Part shown: positions 1-13,030 of the stretch, piece by piece
How the letters are laid out: each line of letters starts with the position of its first letter
Position numbering within the stretch: the first letter of the stretch is position 1
Made by a program: the position numbers and the translations under genes
NCBI RefSeq assembly: GCF_036321535.1
Contig: NC_087437.1
Location: forward strand, 50,036,001 to 50,100,000
DNA length: 64,000 nt
Direction of reading: 5' to 3'
Origin: Camelus dromedarius
Lineage: Eukaryota
Notes under the pieces: generated by a model
What the model saw: the letters and a program-made list of their open reading frames with translations, nothing else
Database searches by the model: none
What the model was told of the DNA's origin: nothing

Positions 1-164
1 GGCAAAAGCTTAGGCATTTTCCAATCTGAGGTTCTTCAGTTCTGCACTGAGGACCGGCACTACTTCCACAGGATGAAACAGAGCCTCTGTTGGAGGCAGA
101 TGAAGAAAATGTTCAAGTCCACCGACCCCCACCCCACTTTCCTCATTAAAAGCTCACAGTGTCT

Positions 165-226
165 GTTCATGCCTGACTCACAGTGGGTGCTCAATAAATG
201 CTGTTTGAATGCTTGAATGAATGAAT
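165..226 (+). mobile_element. L2 LINE 3' end fragment
   Basis: gcctgactcacagtgggtgctcaataaatgctgtttgaatgcttgaatgaatgaat resembles the L2 tail with (TGAA)n. Confidence 0.65.
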
Positions 227-394
227 ATATGTGAGGTTCATTACAATAATTCTTTCTCTGTCTTATTCCTCTCCCTTCTTTTGACAAAAATCTAACACAA
301 CACCCAAACCTTCCAAGTTTCAGTTCAAGGAAAGATGAGTTCTTTCCAAACTTTCCTTCTGAGTCCCTGAGAAGAAGGTGATGTGGGCAAACGA

Positions 395-580
395 AGTGAG
401 CAGATACTTTGGTGCAGGTCAAAGCTGGTTTCAAATTCTAGTTCCACTTTTTGGAACTTCTCTGAGCTTTGCACTTCTTTGCTGACAAAATGGGAATAAA
501 AACTTCCAAGAGGGCTAAATGAAATATGTTTAAATTTCTACTGCAGTGCCTAAAATATAGTAAGTACTCAGTGAACGTAA
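395..580 (+). mobile_element. MIR SINE (degenerate)
   Basis: Core-like acttctctgagc...aaaatgggaataa, then taaatgaaatatg...cagtgcctaaaatatagtaagtactcagt. Confidence 0.6.
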
Positions 581-895
581 CTCTCATCCCTTAAGCGTTG
601 ATATTTAATCCTTTCACTAACGCTCCAATATTTAGGATTGCCTCCGTTTTTACATTTTAGAAAATGCCAGAAAAAAAGAGATTAAGTATATTATTCAAAC
701 ACACCCATTTCATGATAGAGTCTTTGGGAAGTAAAATGATGAAGCTAATAAAATATATCAGCTTGTTGAAGATTATCATATTTTAGAAACAAATAGACTG
801 ACTTAATCAGGGGAGGAATAAGCTTGCACCAAAAACACCAGAACCAATATTACAAGGATAGTAAAACAAACAAAACAAAAACAACCAAATAGGAT

Positions 896-2390
896 AGTTT
901 AAAATGAATCTAAACACTGACTTCACACCTTTGACAAAAATTAGCTCAAAATGAATCATAGATCTAATGTAAAAAAGCAAAAGTATAAAATTTCTAGAAG
1001 ATAACATAAAAGAAAATTTAGGTGACTTTGGGTATGGCAATGAGTATTTTTGGTACAACACAAAAAGCACAATTGATGAAAGAAAAAAACTGATGAGTTG
1101 GACTTTACTAGGAAGAAGGGTATAGCTCAAGTGGTAGAGCGTATGCTCAGCACCCAAGAGGTCAGGGGTTCAATCCCCAGTACCTTCTCGAAGCGGAAAT
1201 CAATGAAGAAACCTAATCACCTCCCCCTCATAAAACAAACAATACAAGTTGGACTTCACTAAAAAATTACTCTGCAAAAGACACTGTTAAGAGAATAAAA
1301 AAAACAAGCCACAGGCTAGGAGAAAATACCTGCAAAACACACAGCTGGTAAAGAACTTGTATCCAAAATATACAAAGAACTTGAAATTCATCAATAAGAA
1401 AACAAACAATCCAATAAAACATGGGCAGAAGATCTGAACAAGCACTCCACCAAAGCAGATATACAGATGGCAGGTAAGCAAGTGAAAAGATGCTACAAAT
1501 CATAAGCCTTTAGGGAACTGAACATTAAAACACCAGATACAACATACCTATCAGAATAGTGAAAATCCGAAACAGTGACATCACTGAATACTGGCGAGGC
1601 TGTGGAGTAAAAGGCACAGTCACTTTGGAAAACAGTTTGGCAGTTTACAAAGCTAAACCTAGTCTTATCACATGACCCAGCAATCACACTCCTAGATATT
1701 TATCCAAATGAGTAGAAAACTTACATTCACACAAAAATTTGTACACAGGTATTTACAGCAGTTTTAATCATAATTGCCAAAACCTGGAAACAACAGAAAT
1801 GTCTTTTAATAGGTGATAGGATAAACAGCCCATGGTATTTCCATATATTAGAATATTATTCAGCAATAAAAAGAAATAAGCATCAAGCAATGGAATGTGG
1901 GAAACTTGCATGTACATTGCTGAGTAAAGGAAGCCAGTTTGAAAAAGCTACATACTGTACGACTCCAAACATATGACATTCTGGTAAGAGGAAAACTAGA
2001 GGAACAATTGAAAACAAATCAGTAGTTTCCAGAGTTTTGGTGGAAGGGGAAGGAATAAATAGGTAGGGCACTGGAGACTTTTAGGGCAGTGAAACCCTTC
2101 TGTATGCTACTGTACAGTGGATACATGACATTATGTTTTTGGCAAAACCCATAAAACTGCACAACACAGAGTGAATCCCAATGTAAACTATGGCCTTTAG
2201 TTAATAATAATATATCAGTATTGGTTCATAAGTTGTAACAAATGTACCACACCAAGATAAGACATTAACAATAGGGGAAACTGAGGGAGGCAGAGAGGGA
2301 AGGTATGGGAACTCTCAGTACTTTCTGCTTAATTTTCTGTAAACCTAAAACTGCCTCCTCAAATGAAGTCTAAATGTTTTTTTTTTCAAA
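896..2390 (+). mobile_element. Old L1 (L1MC-like): ORF2 3' remnant and 3' UTR, interrupted by a SINE
   Basis: L1 ORF2 motifs (aaaattagctcaaaatgaatcatagatctaatgtaaaa, gacccagcaatcacactcctagatatttatcca) and an L1MC-type 3'UTR (ttttagggcagtgaaa...tgtaaactatgg...tatgggaactctcagtactttctgcttaattttctgtaaacctaaaactgc). Confidence 0.9.
1111..1246 (+). mobile_element. tRNA-derived SINE (camelid Vic-1-like) with 15-bp TSD
   Basis: gggtatagctcaagtggtagagc (A box), ggttcaatccccagtacc (B box), A-rich tail; TSD agttggactttacta (1096-1110) / agttggacttcacta (1247-1261). Confidence 0.9.
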
Positions 2391-2573
2391 AAAGAGAAAT
2401 AAAGATAAACAACTGGAGGTTCTAAAGTCTAATTTTTATCAGTTTTTATATCATTTTGATTGTTTTGCATAATTTTCCTTTATCCTAAACCCTCTGTTTC
2501 TCTCTACACAGCCCACAACCTATACAAATGAGGCCCATATTTCTCTGCACCTCTCCATTGGTTTTTCTATTTG

Positions 2574-2750
2574 ACATTCATTTATTGAGTAATAACTGTG
2601 TGCCAAGCTCTAGGATAATTGTTAGAGATGTGGAAAGAGGAATAAGATCAGACTTGAGGATCTGACAGTCTAGTGGTAGAGACATGTTAATTACAGTGGA
2701 ACAAGGTATTAAATGCCATAAATAAAGGTAAGAAAAATCTCCTGGAACCA
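2574..2750 (-). mobile_element. L2 fragment
   Basis: cattcatttattgagtaataactgtgtgccaagctct...acagtctagtggtagagaca is the reverse complement of the L2 3' end. Confidence 0.7.
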
Positions 2751-3774
2751 CAATAACTCAGTACTTTGAACCCTACAAGGCATTATGAAGCTACATTAAA
2801 GTCACATCATCTGTTTTTAGCACTGCCCTATCTTGCTTTTGCCAGTGTCTCACGTTTAAAATTTCTTTTAAGCTTCTCCCTCCTGCTCTTATTCTTCAGC
2901 CTTTTGCTTCTTCTTCAGGAGTGCTCACTCTTGCTGATTTTCCAATTCAGTCAGAATACCAGGCCAGTGAATATATGTTCGTCCAACATAATCACAGTGA
3001 TTCTTCCACCAGCAAAAAAAGGAGAAAAGAACTCTACTCAAGGTTCAGTGTCATTCAGCAGAGGGATTACCAACATGCAACCTCAAGACCATATCCCAGA
3101 AGGAGAGTGGTGCCGTCACGAGTGAAATGATGATATGGGAGTACAGACAAAGGAGCCAGCCCTTCCCCGCCGACCGCAAAGCCCTGCTTGGAGGTGGAAT
3201 GAGGAGGAGGGGGAGGAGAGCACTAAGCGTCTGGTCACCAGCCTCACATGCCAGGTCTTCCCCTGGCAGCAGACAAGAAGCAGATGCTGACAGCTTTGTG
3301 TTTTCCATATTGCCAAGAGCAGGCCATATTAAACACTCTTATCTTGACCTTGAAGACACCTATCAACAAGTACCTCCCACTGAACTCCTGCCTACCTCTC
3401 TGTGTTCACCTTCTGCCACTGACCAGATGCCTACTTTGTATTCTAGTGGCACCACATGAGGGGACTCTCCTCACATCCGCACTACAGTGTCCTGACTTTC
3501 TGCCTCAATTCATGCTCTTGCTCCCTCCAGGGACCAAGAACCTCCGGGGACCAAGAAGCCTGGCTTCTGCTCAGTCTTCAGCTAGCCGGGTTTCCTGTCT
3601 CTGAGACCTCTCCTCAACTAGTCTTCCATATTCTTCCTCTATGTTCTCTTTGTATTGAATTAACCTATTTCCAATTCTTATCCTCTGCTAGTCTGAGCAA
3701 CTTAAAGTCAGGGACTACAGCAACAGTATGTTTGTACCATTGTCTGTCTCCCTCCTTTATTGGTAAATACCTGT

Positions 3775-4030
3775 GATGTAGCATATGGTTAAAAGTAAAA
3801 AATTTGGAGCTACCCTGTCTAGGTGTGAAATCTGACTGCTATTTACTAACCATTTGCTCTGAATTTGGGGGCTGTACTTAATGTTATTGTAACCTCAGTT
3901 TCCTTAAATGTGAAATGGGGATAATACTTACCGTACAGTTTTGTTGTGAAATGTGAGTGACTAGCTAGATGATGGATAGATAGACAGATATTTTGAATGA
4001 CACCTGACACAGAGCAAGTAGTGGTTAAAT
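3775..4030 (+). mobile_element. MIR SINE
   Basis: tagcatatggttaaaag...acctcagtttccttaaatgtgaaatggggataatactta...acctgacacagagcaagt. Confidence 0.8.
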
Positions 4031-4040
4031 GTTAACTTTT

Positions 4041-4069
4041 ATCATCATCATTATCATCATCATCATCAT
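4041..4069. repeat. (ATC)n microsatellite
   Basis: atcatcatcattatcatcatcatcatcat. Confidence 0.95.
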
Positions 4070-6494
4070 ATTTGTAGTCTTGACAAGAGGCGCTTGGTTT
4101 CCTACAATGGGGTTACCATGATACTTGTTTGGATTTATCTGATTTCCAGGTAATATCAATGCTTTGTGTTCAGGTATATTGACACAAACTCTAGTCCAGA
4201 CGGGGTTCTGCTGATTTAAATAAATAGAGTAACTGTTCAACAGCATCCTAGACAAAAACCATGAACTCTTCTCTCAAAGCATAGAAATAAAGGCCAAAAA
4301 AAAAAAAAAAAGGAAAAAAAAGAAAGAAAGAGCATTGTAGTATTATTGGTAATGACCTTGGAAACATAAGAAATGTTTCTTAGAAGAAGAATCTGTGAGG
4401 CTGTTAATTTTAGGAGATTATGTTCAAAATGCTGAATTTCTTTAGAATGACACATTTGTTGAGAAGGAAAGTGCTAAAAGGAAGGAAAAAAAAAAAAAAA
4501 CCTAGCCAGGGAACTGCAAGAAACTCAAGCCAATATGTAGCTTGCATCTGCTGGCAATACCCGCATCAAAGAAGGAAATAAGATACAAAACTGAAATTGC
4601 TATTCAAAGAAACTTGATAAACAAAATAATCCATTCAATATAACAGATGGCTGTACAATAGTATGTGCCATGACTAAAATATCTGACCCATCCACCTACC
4701 CACTAGTAGTGCTACCAAAAACATCAATTTAAACTGGGCAACCTGAAATGCACCAAATAAAACTGGCTATTACTATGATGTCAGCAAAATATATTTATGC
4801 TGAAAAGAATGGATGTATTCCAAATGCATCACCTAAAAAGCGTAATTCCAAATGCTATATTCTGTCTGCTTGGCCCACGTATATATTCTGTCCTTATGAT
4901 ATTTTTACCCCTACTTTAGTCATCAGTTCTATAATTCTAACAGGATAACTGAAGCTATGCTCAATCTAGTTCACCTCAAGAGATACTTATATTACCTTTA
5001 CTCTGTTCCAAGCCCGTGGTAATTGCTAGATATATAAGGTGAATGACACATTGTTCCAGATCCTGACATTTACCCTCCAGGGCTGTTTATCTGCATAGCA
5101 ATAAACCGAAACACCACTTTCAATACATTTGCATCTCTGTAAATCTGGAATCTCTAAATGAATAATTCATGTTGATCCCTTTGGACTACCAAACTTCCAT
5201 TAAGAACATGCATGTTACCTAGTTTAAGGTTGTCAGTATTGACAGGTCTAAAAGATTTGGTGTAAGGCAAAAGCAACTATCACTTTGCAACCCAAATCTG
5301 ATCAGTAAGAAAGTTACTTACTATTTTTATTGCTTTCATGTATATAACAGAATGTTTGAGCAATGGCTTTTTATACTCATAGCACCTTTCATGGGTACTA
5401 TAAATACTACCTGAGTGAAGCAATGTCATACTTCAGGAAAAACAAAACCCAAAGTACAAATGAAGTGTCAAAAAATTAATCACCACATTTCCCTGTTGTC
5501 TATTTCTCGATTAACTTCTGATGGTCCTCTAAGGCAATGAACAAAAATGCTCAAACAAAAAGAACTTTAAAAGGAGGTAAACTTTCATCGCACAGTATTT
5601 CTGACAGCTTGTTCCTAAGCAAAGCAACTGGTGTCCCTGGGGACTCATTAAACATTCATTCGAATCATGGAGAAAGAGACCCAGTTTGGAAGATGTTTTT
5701 CTGGAGTACAGAGGGGGACTTTGATCCTAGCTCAGATAACAGCTGCCCTCCATGAGAGGGTTTTCTGGTTGCTCTACCCCTCAGGCCAGGTGAGTCTCAG
5801 GGGAGGTGTCTAGTTGACCTAAAAAATCAGCCAAGCAACTGATACCTGAGGGAGGGTCTTTGAGTGGGCAAGAGAGCCTGGCATCGAGTGTTATCATTCT
5901 GTCAGTCTCTCTTCTGGCTAGACACAGAGCACACAGGAAAGGGACTCCTAAAGGGAATCAAGTCTCACCTTGATTTTCCCCCCATTGTAAAATTAAAGGA
6001 AGGCAGGAAGCCAAAATACCATGATAGATTTTAGTCTCTACCATTGTGTTTTCTCACTATTCTGGAACTGTAACAAAGTGTTTCCTTGGAAATTCCTGAC
6101 CCTTGGCTTTTAAATACAAAAGGAAAGGTGAATACGTATGATTAATATCTTAGAAGAAAATAAAATGTGCCATATAGTTAATAAAGTAGACATGAAGAAT
6201 ACAAGACTACATCACATAGAAGCCATTTTTTCTTTTAGGATAAGGGAACTTGAGAAAGAATCAGAGCATCCCCTCTAAAAAGTGAGAAATTAAATATTGA
6301 CACTGAGGTAAAATTATGTCTTTGTCATAGTTTGTTGTATTTCTGATATGGAACATCAAGGGAATCACTGAAGTTAACAAAGACATGAAAATCATTTTAA
6401 TGATTAAAATTTGTTTGAAAAGATGAATATCAAATAGAACTCCAGCCATCACAAAGTTATCCTGCCATTCATAATTAGATATGCTTTTATCCTT

Positions 6495-6650
6495 CACTCA
6501 TGTACTCCTTTAATAAATATTTATATTGAGTTTTTACTCTGTGCAAGGCATTGTTTTAGACACTGTAAGGCATAAAGGTATCAATGACAGGCCCTATACA
6601 TAATGGAAGGATTAAGACCATACATGGTAGGAAATGATACATGCCATCAA
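6495..6650 (-). mobile_element. L2 fragment
   Basis: taataaatatttatattgagtttttactctgtgcaaggcattgttttagacactg. Confidence 0.6.
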
Positions 6651-8169
6651 GACGACACAAACTAGAGGACTTAACAGACCTCTCAATGACCACAAGATCC
6701 ATGAGCAGTCTAGGTTCCAACTACTAATTAAATTGAAAGCTAATTTCATGATGGCAGGATATTTAGCCAGTCTCCTTCCCTGTCACAGAGGGGAAAGTGG
6801 GCTGCTATCAGCCCATGGAGACACAATAGCACCCCCTCCACAGACTTATGAAGGTGAGTGAAGGCAATGTGCCTGCCTCTCTCTCTCCTCTCTTCTTCCA
6901 ATCCTTACCCTCAGGTGTGAAGCACGGCATTGGCAACAGTAAGACTGCTGAGATAAGAAGAGAAAGAAAATTGCTTCCCCAGTCCTCTTTCAAGCCACCG
7001 TGCATTCTTAGGCAGGCCTCCCTGGCTCACCTAGAAATAAGTGTTCGAGGACCCACCACCTGAAGGGAGGTCTGCTCTTACATCGTCAGCTAAGACTCCT
7101 CAGTGTCAGGAAGAGCCAGAGGCTTGATGAGGGGAGGTGAGGAACCCCCCTTCCTTCGAGTCCTCGAAAGCTACAAAGGTTGTCATTAATAAGAACTATA
7201 GACAAACATTCAGCAGCACTGTGTGTATAAGACACAAATGTGTCAGAAGCACAAACTCCATGTGATGATTTCATGTCATAGCTCAATAAGCCAATGAGAT
7301 ATGCTACCAAGAATGCTGGACACCTGTTCAATGACTCTGTTTTCCTTAGAGGAAATTTTTAATACTTAAATAACAGGACTAGTGGAAGAGACCCACATTT
7401 TCACCTGAGCATTATGTATCAATTATACCCAGATGTGTCCATTCTGTTTCCTTTTCCTTATTCTTTCTAATACCAGATTGCCTGTGGTAGGATTCAATTA
7501 GGAAATCTACTGCCTTGACTTGTTTATCTCTGTGACTTCACCTGGATGCTTAATCTTCTTTATTTTTATCCTTTTATGAGGATTTTACTTATTTTTCCCT
7601 TTTCTAATATTACTCTTCTGGAGATTTTCAGTGTGAATATCTTTTAAAATCACCCCTACAATCATAGTGCTTTTTTCCCAGATGTCCATCCACCTATATC
7701 TGTATCTACCTCTATACATTCACACATATCTATAAAAATACGGTTATAGATGTAGATATACACCTATCTCTTATGCTGGGGTTGCAGTATCAGCATTACC
7801 TCATACTCTGCACGGACTCCTCTTTTATAAAGCCAGCCAGAACATCTTTGATTTTTTCCAAGATGTACCCTTGCCTTTTCATTATTTTCCTTTTCTACTT
7901 TGCCTAATTCAGAAATTTTTCTCTCTCCTCATTATTATTATTGTCAAGTTCAACTCTGTGCTCAGATCTCAGCATGAGGTCACTTTTTCTTAATTTGTCA
8001 TTAGTTAATACACACTAAGCAATCCCAGTATTTCAAGAAGTATCTCTTCTGAGAGATTTAGAGTGGACATTAACAAAAGCATTTCTGGTCTTACCTCCAA
8101 TATTGTTCAATAAAGCGTGATGATAAGCAGAATCAGTCCCTTGGAAATGCCCTGATTCGTTTGCAAAGA

Positions 8170-8657
8170 TGACTCATTCCAAAGGTCTCCTTGTGGTATG
8201 ACTTCACCTCTTCCCATCAGGAGGTGGAGTCTCTTTCTCTCCCTTTGCACCTGGCTTTGACAAGCGACTGGCTTTGAGCAACAGAATGCATTGGAAGTGT
8301 CTCTGTACAGGCCTCTGGGCCTCGGCTCAAGAGGCATTGCAGGCCCTGCTCTTGTTCTCTTGGAGTCTTGCAGACAGCATGCTGCGAAGTGCTCTGAACG
8401 AAAGACCACATGGAGAAAGAAGTCAGACATCTCAGCCACTCCTGCTATCCCAAATGACATTCCAGATGTGTGAGTGAGAACCTCTTAGACCATCAACCCC
8501 AACAGAGCCCCGACCCGAGTGCAGTCAAAAGAATGAGACCAACTGAACGCAGCAGAACAGCCTAGTCAAAGCACAGAAAGTGAGAAAAAATAAACTGCTC
8601 TTGTGTTAAGCAATGACGTTTTGGTGGTTTGTTACTCTACAACAGATAACTGATACA
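8170..8657 (+). mobile_element. MLT1 (MaLR) solo LTR, MLT1G/H-like
   Basis: cttcccatcaggaggtggagtct...ccagatgtgtgagtgaga...ttaagc...gttttgg...tttgttac...agataactgataca terminus. Confidence 0.85.
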
Positions 8658-9379
8658 GCCTTCATTGCATCTAGTACCTATGAGCTGACAGCAGGTGTTC
8701 AAAATATAGCACTGAAAATATGTCTGCCAAACAGGCCAACAGACTTAGCCATACATATTCATTTGCTATTTATTGATACATATATAATGTATGTATCAAT
8801 AATATATGATACAGATATAATATACATAATCACACACATATGTAAAATCAGGCCCAATCTTCAGGACTGGGGTACAAGATAAATAAAATTGTGTTCTCAC
8901 CATCAAAAGTCTCATAATCTAGTCAGATGTGATATGAATGAATTACACTGCCACATGGAAAATTCTGGTAGAGTACTATAGGAACACAAAGAAAGGAAAG
9001 ATTCACTTTGACTGGGAAAAGAGAAATGTAGGTAGGGAAAAGTGAGAAAAAAAATAATCAGAGAGTAGTTAGTTGCTGAGTTAAAAGTGGAGACAGTGGC
9101 AGCAGCAAGGAGTTCAGAACCACATCTAGGGACAGCAAAAAATACCTCAAGTGCCATCTTCTGCCATAAGGACTTGGAGTTGAGCTATCTGAACAAGAAA
9201 TCCCCTGAAATTCTTCTGTATAACTCCACCCACTCTTTTCTTGTCTTCTTCAAACTTTTATTAGCACCATATGATTGGCTCATAATACTAACTAGATGAA
9301 TCTTGCTATTGGTTAGCTATATATTTTAACACTAATTTTTCATAATATACATCTGTTTATCCAACTGGTATACTAGCTG

Positions 9380-10400
9380 CACACTGCATTAGGCACCCAA
9401 TTAGACCATGAGTATCTCAAATCCCATATGTCTCAAACTGAATGTATTGTTCTTTAAAGTTTGTTTTCCTCTATTTCCTATCACAGTAAGAGATACCACT
9501 AACCATACAGTCACTTCAGCCATGAACCTGAGAGCTGTCCTTAACTCTTTACTCCCCTGAGGTTTCCTCACAATTTCCATCCCCATTTACCCTCTGAAAT
9601 CTAATCAGTCATTAAGTCTTGCTGATTCCTGCCTCCTAAATACCTCTCAAATCGACCCATCCTCTTATTCCCACTTCCTGAGTTCAAGATTCATAATTCC
9701 TTTCTTGGACCATTGCCATAGCTCCATTATCTGTCACTCTGCCTCTATTCTTGCTTTTCTTCATTCCATCCACACACTATATCAGAGGCATCTTTGGAAA
9801 ATGCAAATCTGATCATATTAGTTCCCTGATTAAAGCTTTTCATGACTCCTCCTGCTTCAGAAGAAAATGAAAACTTCTAGGCACAGCATTTAAGGTCCTT
9901 CATGATAGAGCTACTTGTATGGTCTCATCTCTCTGCTCCTCCATCCCTAACACACACACCTAAACTTCCAGCCACAGCAATCCTTTGCAGTTCCTTTTGC
10001 TACATGAACAATGGTTCAAGCTACCACTTCAGCCTCTAAATTTACCACATCAGGCTGTACATACCATTTACAGACTGATCTGACTCAACAATATTAATTC
10101 ATTGTTTAAGGCACATCTCACTTGCTCTGGAAGACTATTCCTACATCTGGGCTCCCCCTTCCTTTGGCCCCACAATGGAAAATGGCCCATCCTTGTCTTT
10201 GTGCCCCCAATTATATTCTGTGCATACTTGTATCATAGTTCATACTACACTTTATTTATTTGCTTATGTCTCTGCCCTCCCTCCCTCCCCTCAACCCTGC
10301 CATCACCAGACTGACCTCTTTATCGGTATAAAGTATCTTTTATTTCTTTGGTATCTGCATCATACCACACATTGCCTGGCTCACAGTAGAAATTCTATAG
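9380..10400 (+). mobile_element. L2 LINE 3' portion
   Basis: atctcaaatcccatatgtctcaaactgaa, aaaatgcaaatctgatcat, ggcacagcatttaaggtccttcatga, ending ttgcctggctcacagtag. Confidence 0.8.
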
Positions 10401-11234
10401 TGAAGACGAACATTTTCAAATGATTTGAATACCGTAAATTCAGATACAATAAAAAACTGTATCAAGCACAGCTTAAACTTGTTTCTTGACTTTTTATTTT
10501 GTTAGCCTTATTCTAGTTACTTGAATTATAAAAGTGTTTAAAATTTGCATAAATGAAAATTTACTGTCTCTTTCCTAGTTGATATAGTGACCACATCTTT
10601 ATATAATAAACAACTTAGTACTTCTGTGAATAGATTTGCAAACCAACACATTTTGAGTATCTAGAAACCAGCTATCTAGCACAAATTGAGAACAACTGGC
10701 TAGTGAGTAGCAAGATGTCTCAAAATTCTTGCTCTAAAACTTACACATAAGAAAATTCATCTCTTAGAACTTTGTGCTCCAAACCCGTAATAGATTTCAA
10801 GCAGAAAATTAAAATGAGAGATAGGAATTACTACAGGTAAACCTGTAAGGTACAGCAAGAAAAGACAGCTGTTAGCCAGGGAGAAGACATAAACTTAAGA
10901 AAAGTAGATCTAAGACCGCAAAACAGAAAATTATCCAGGACCAGTAACAGGAGGGAAGACACAGTAATCTATAACTAGCCTGTGAATATTGATGAATTAT
11001 TCTACACATGTTGTACACAACATGTAGTGTACAGCTATTGTTTACATTGATGACCATATTTTTCCAATTAAAATTATGTTCAGTATATTCTGAATAAAAG
11101 TAAAAGAAATGGTGTAAAACACTTTAGAATTTTTTCAAAATTATTAATTTCTTAAAACTGTTTAAATCTTATTCATCTAAGACAGCCAGAATAACCCATT
11201 CTTAAATCTTTATTCAATTTGAATAACAAATAGA

Positions 11235-11400
11235 GGTACCATTTATTCAATACCTAAATGTTATATGCACTGCACTTTACACTAAAATCTACAGGACAAG
11301 TGTAATTGTCCATATTTTACAGATGAGGAAACCAAGGCCCAGAAAGATCACCTAAGATTACACAGTTAGTAAAGCAGCTAAGTAGAGATTTGATATGAGA
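11235..11400 (-). mobile_element. MIR SINE
   Basis: MIR core on the minus strand: attttacagatgaggaaaccaaggcccagaaag...aagattacacagttagt. Confidence 0.8.
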
Positions 11401-12368
11401 CACTTTAATTCTTGTCATCACTGAAATTTGAATGAGAATTCATAAGATTATGTATTAATAAATCGATCTGCAGAAGTTCAACTTGAGTGCTTGCCTTCAA
11501 TTCGCAAGTTTGTACTACAATTGAGTTTCCTTTAGTAGTGAAAAAACGCTTAAAATGATTGCTTCCCCAAGATAACCTCAACAAAAGCAGAAATCATCAA
11601 AAGAAAATGAAATATTTCTTATGTCATACCATGCATGTTTGCTAATAGAAGTCTAAGCATTTACTAAAGTAAGCTGTTAGGAAAAAGCACATGAATTTAT
11701 TGCTATTTCTCACAGGCAGTCAAGAGTTGAGCAGCTTTTTAGTTAGGATATAATGAAGTCATAATCGTCTACAGAAAACAACAGTTCCTCTAAATAAAGA
11801 CATGTAAAACATACCAGCAAGAAACTTAACCAAAACTGCTAGAACTGGTATCATAAGGAAAAAAGTAAGGACAAAAACAAAAATTGAGGCAAGTTTAATT
11901 TTAAAAAATAGATTAATATTAATCTTTAAACTGTTAGAGTAATAGTTAAAACACGAGAAATGTCCCTAAAAGTTATTTATTTAAGGCTTTGTTCTCGAAA
12001 ATTATTACATTATTCCAAGAAAGACTAAAGAGGTTATTTTCTCTAAATTATTTAGATGTAAGAGTTAGCCTTCAGCCAGGTGTTCTGTTCATGCAGATGG
12101 CAAAATAAATTATTCAGAAATAGAAACAGAAACAGGTAAAACAGATGGAAAAGCAGAGTAAACCAAGAAAGCCATGGGCAGCTGCTTAACAGGCCCCCAG
12201 TACAACACCCACTTCTACATCATGGTCCAACTCACCCGGTTAGAAAAAGCTCTAGATAAACACACTGTGGTCCACCTCTCAAAAAACCTCTGAGACCCCA
12301 AATTCACTTCAGTGATACAGTATGTAAAGTATGTCACATGAAAGTCTTTACAGAAACTAATGTCTTAC

Positions 12369-12560
12369 CCTAAACCATGGAATATTCCTGAGAGATACCA
12401 GATTGGAGAGTGAACTGTATTTCCAAATCACTTGAGACTCTTTTAAGAAAGTAATTCTTACATTTATGCGATGTACACTGTATTAGGTTTCCTCCTGTAA
12501 GGCTTAAGCAGGCTAACTGGCTCTGAAATGGAGCTAGAATTGCAAAGCAAACCAACAGTA
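12369..12560 (-). other. SOX6: Candidate non-coding alternative first exon of SOX6 (5' boundary approximate)
   Basis: Minus-strand donor ...CCATGGTTTAGG|GTAAGA (intron starts 12368) in repeat-free sequence, directly downstream of a promoter-like GC/CCAAT/E-box region; contains only the mini-uORF ATG-GTT-TAG. Confidence 0.55.
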
Positions 12561-12569
12561 AGGCTTCAC

Positions 12570-12860
12570 TGTAGGAACAGGCCAGCAAAAATAGCAGCTG
12601 CTTGCCTGCAAAAAGCAACACCTGGCCAACCACAATAGCCACAGTAACCACAGGCCAGGTAGATGAGCAAATGGACAGTCGCCCCACACCTTCTAGGCGC
12701 TAAATGCCCCCTAATGTTTTAAAGTTCACCATTTGAAACTAACCACCACCCCCTCCCCTATCCCCATGACCCCCCCCACCCTAGCCCTTTTTGCTTGATT
12801 GGTTGATAATTCAAAAATGCCAGGGTTGCCAGGGGGCGAGGGGGAGGAGGGTACGATCTG
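12570..12860 (-). promoter_or_regulatory. Promoter-like region (E-boxes, MEF2-like site, CACCC boxes, CCAAT, GATA)
   Basis: CAAAAATAG 12586-12594 abutting CAGCTG 12595-12600; CACCTG 12619-12624; ccccacacc ~12682; ATTGG 12798-12802; TGATAA 12804-12809; locally GC-rich with retained CpGs. Confidence 0.55.
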
Positions 12861-12942
12861 GGTCCAATGCACTCCTAGCCTCAAAACGGCTGGTAGAAGT
12901 GCTTGCCCAGGTCCCCTCCCATCCCGAGCCTGTCTGGCTTAC

Positions 12943-13030
12943 ACCTGAACTCTTGGCTCTTAGCTCTTTTGTCACTCCACACACAAGCAACAGGGAATCC
13001 ACGCCCATGGTGGTCATCAGGAAATAAGCT
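12943..13030 (-). other. Second candidate 5' non-coding exon (5' boundary approximate)
   Basis: Minus-strand donor TCAGGT|GTAAGC (12942-12937); the ATGs near 13017 would be out of frame with the recalled SOX6 ATG exon. Confidence 0.35.

Noticed and set aside
1111..1185. tRNA-like sequence (also at 13896-13960)
   Set aside because: Followed by a SINE body and A-rich tail and flanked by TSDs, so it is a SINE head rather than a tRNA gene.
2770..3310. GC/CpG-richer stretch with several overlapping ORFs; possible processed pseudogene
   Set aside because: Minus-strand translations are interrupted by stops and match no protein I can recognise; no poly(A)/TSD seen. TBLASTX would settle it.
7082..7170. 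Minus-strand AG...GTAAGA exon-like segment
   Set aside because: Stops in all frames, poor polypyrimidine tract, and no other support.
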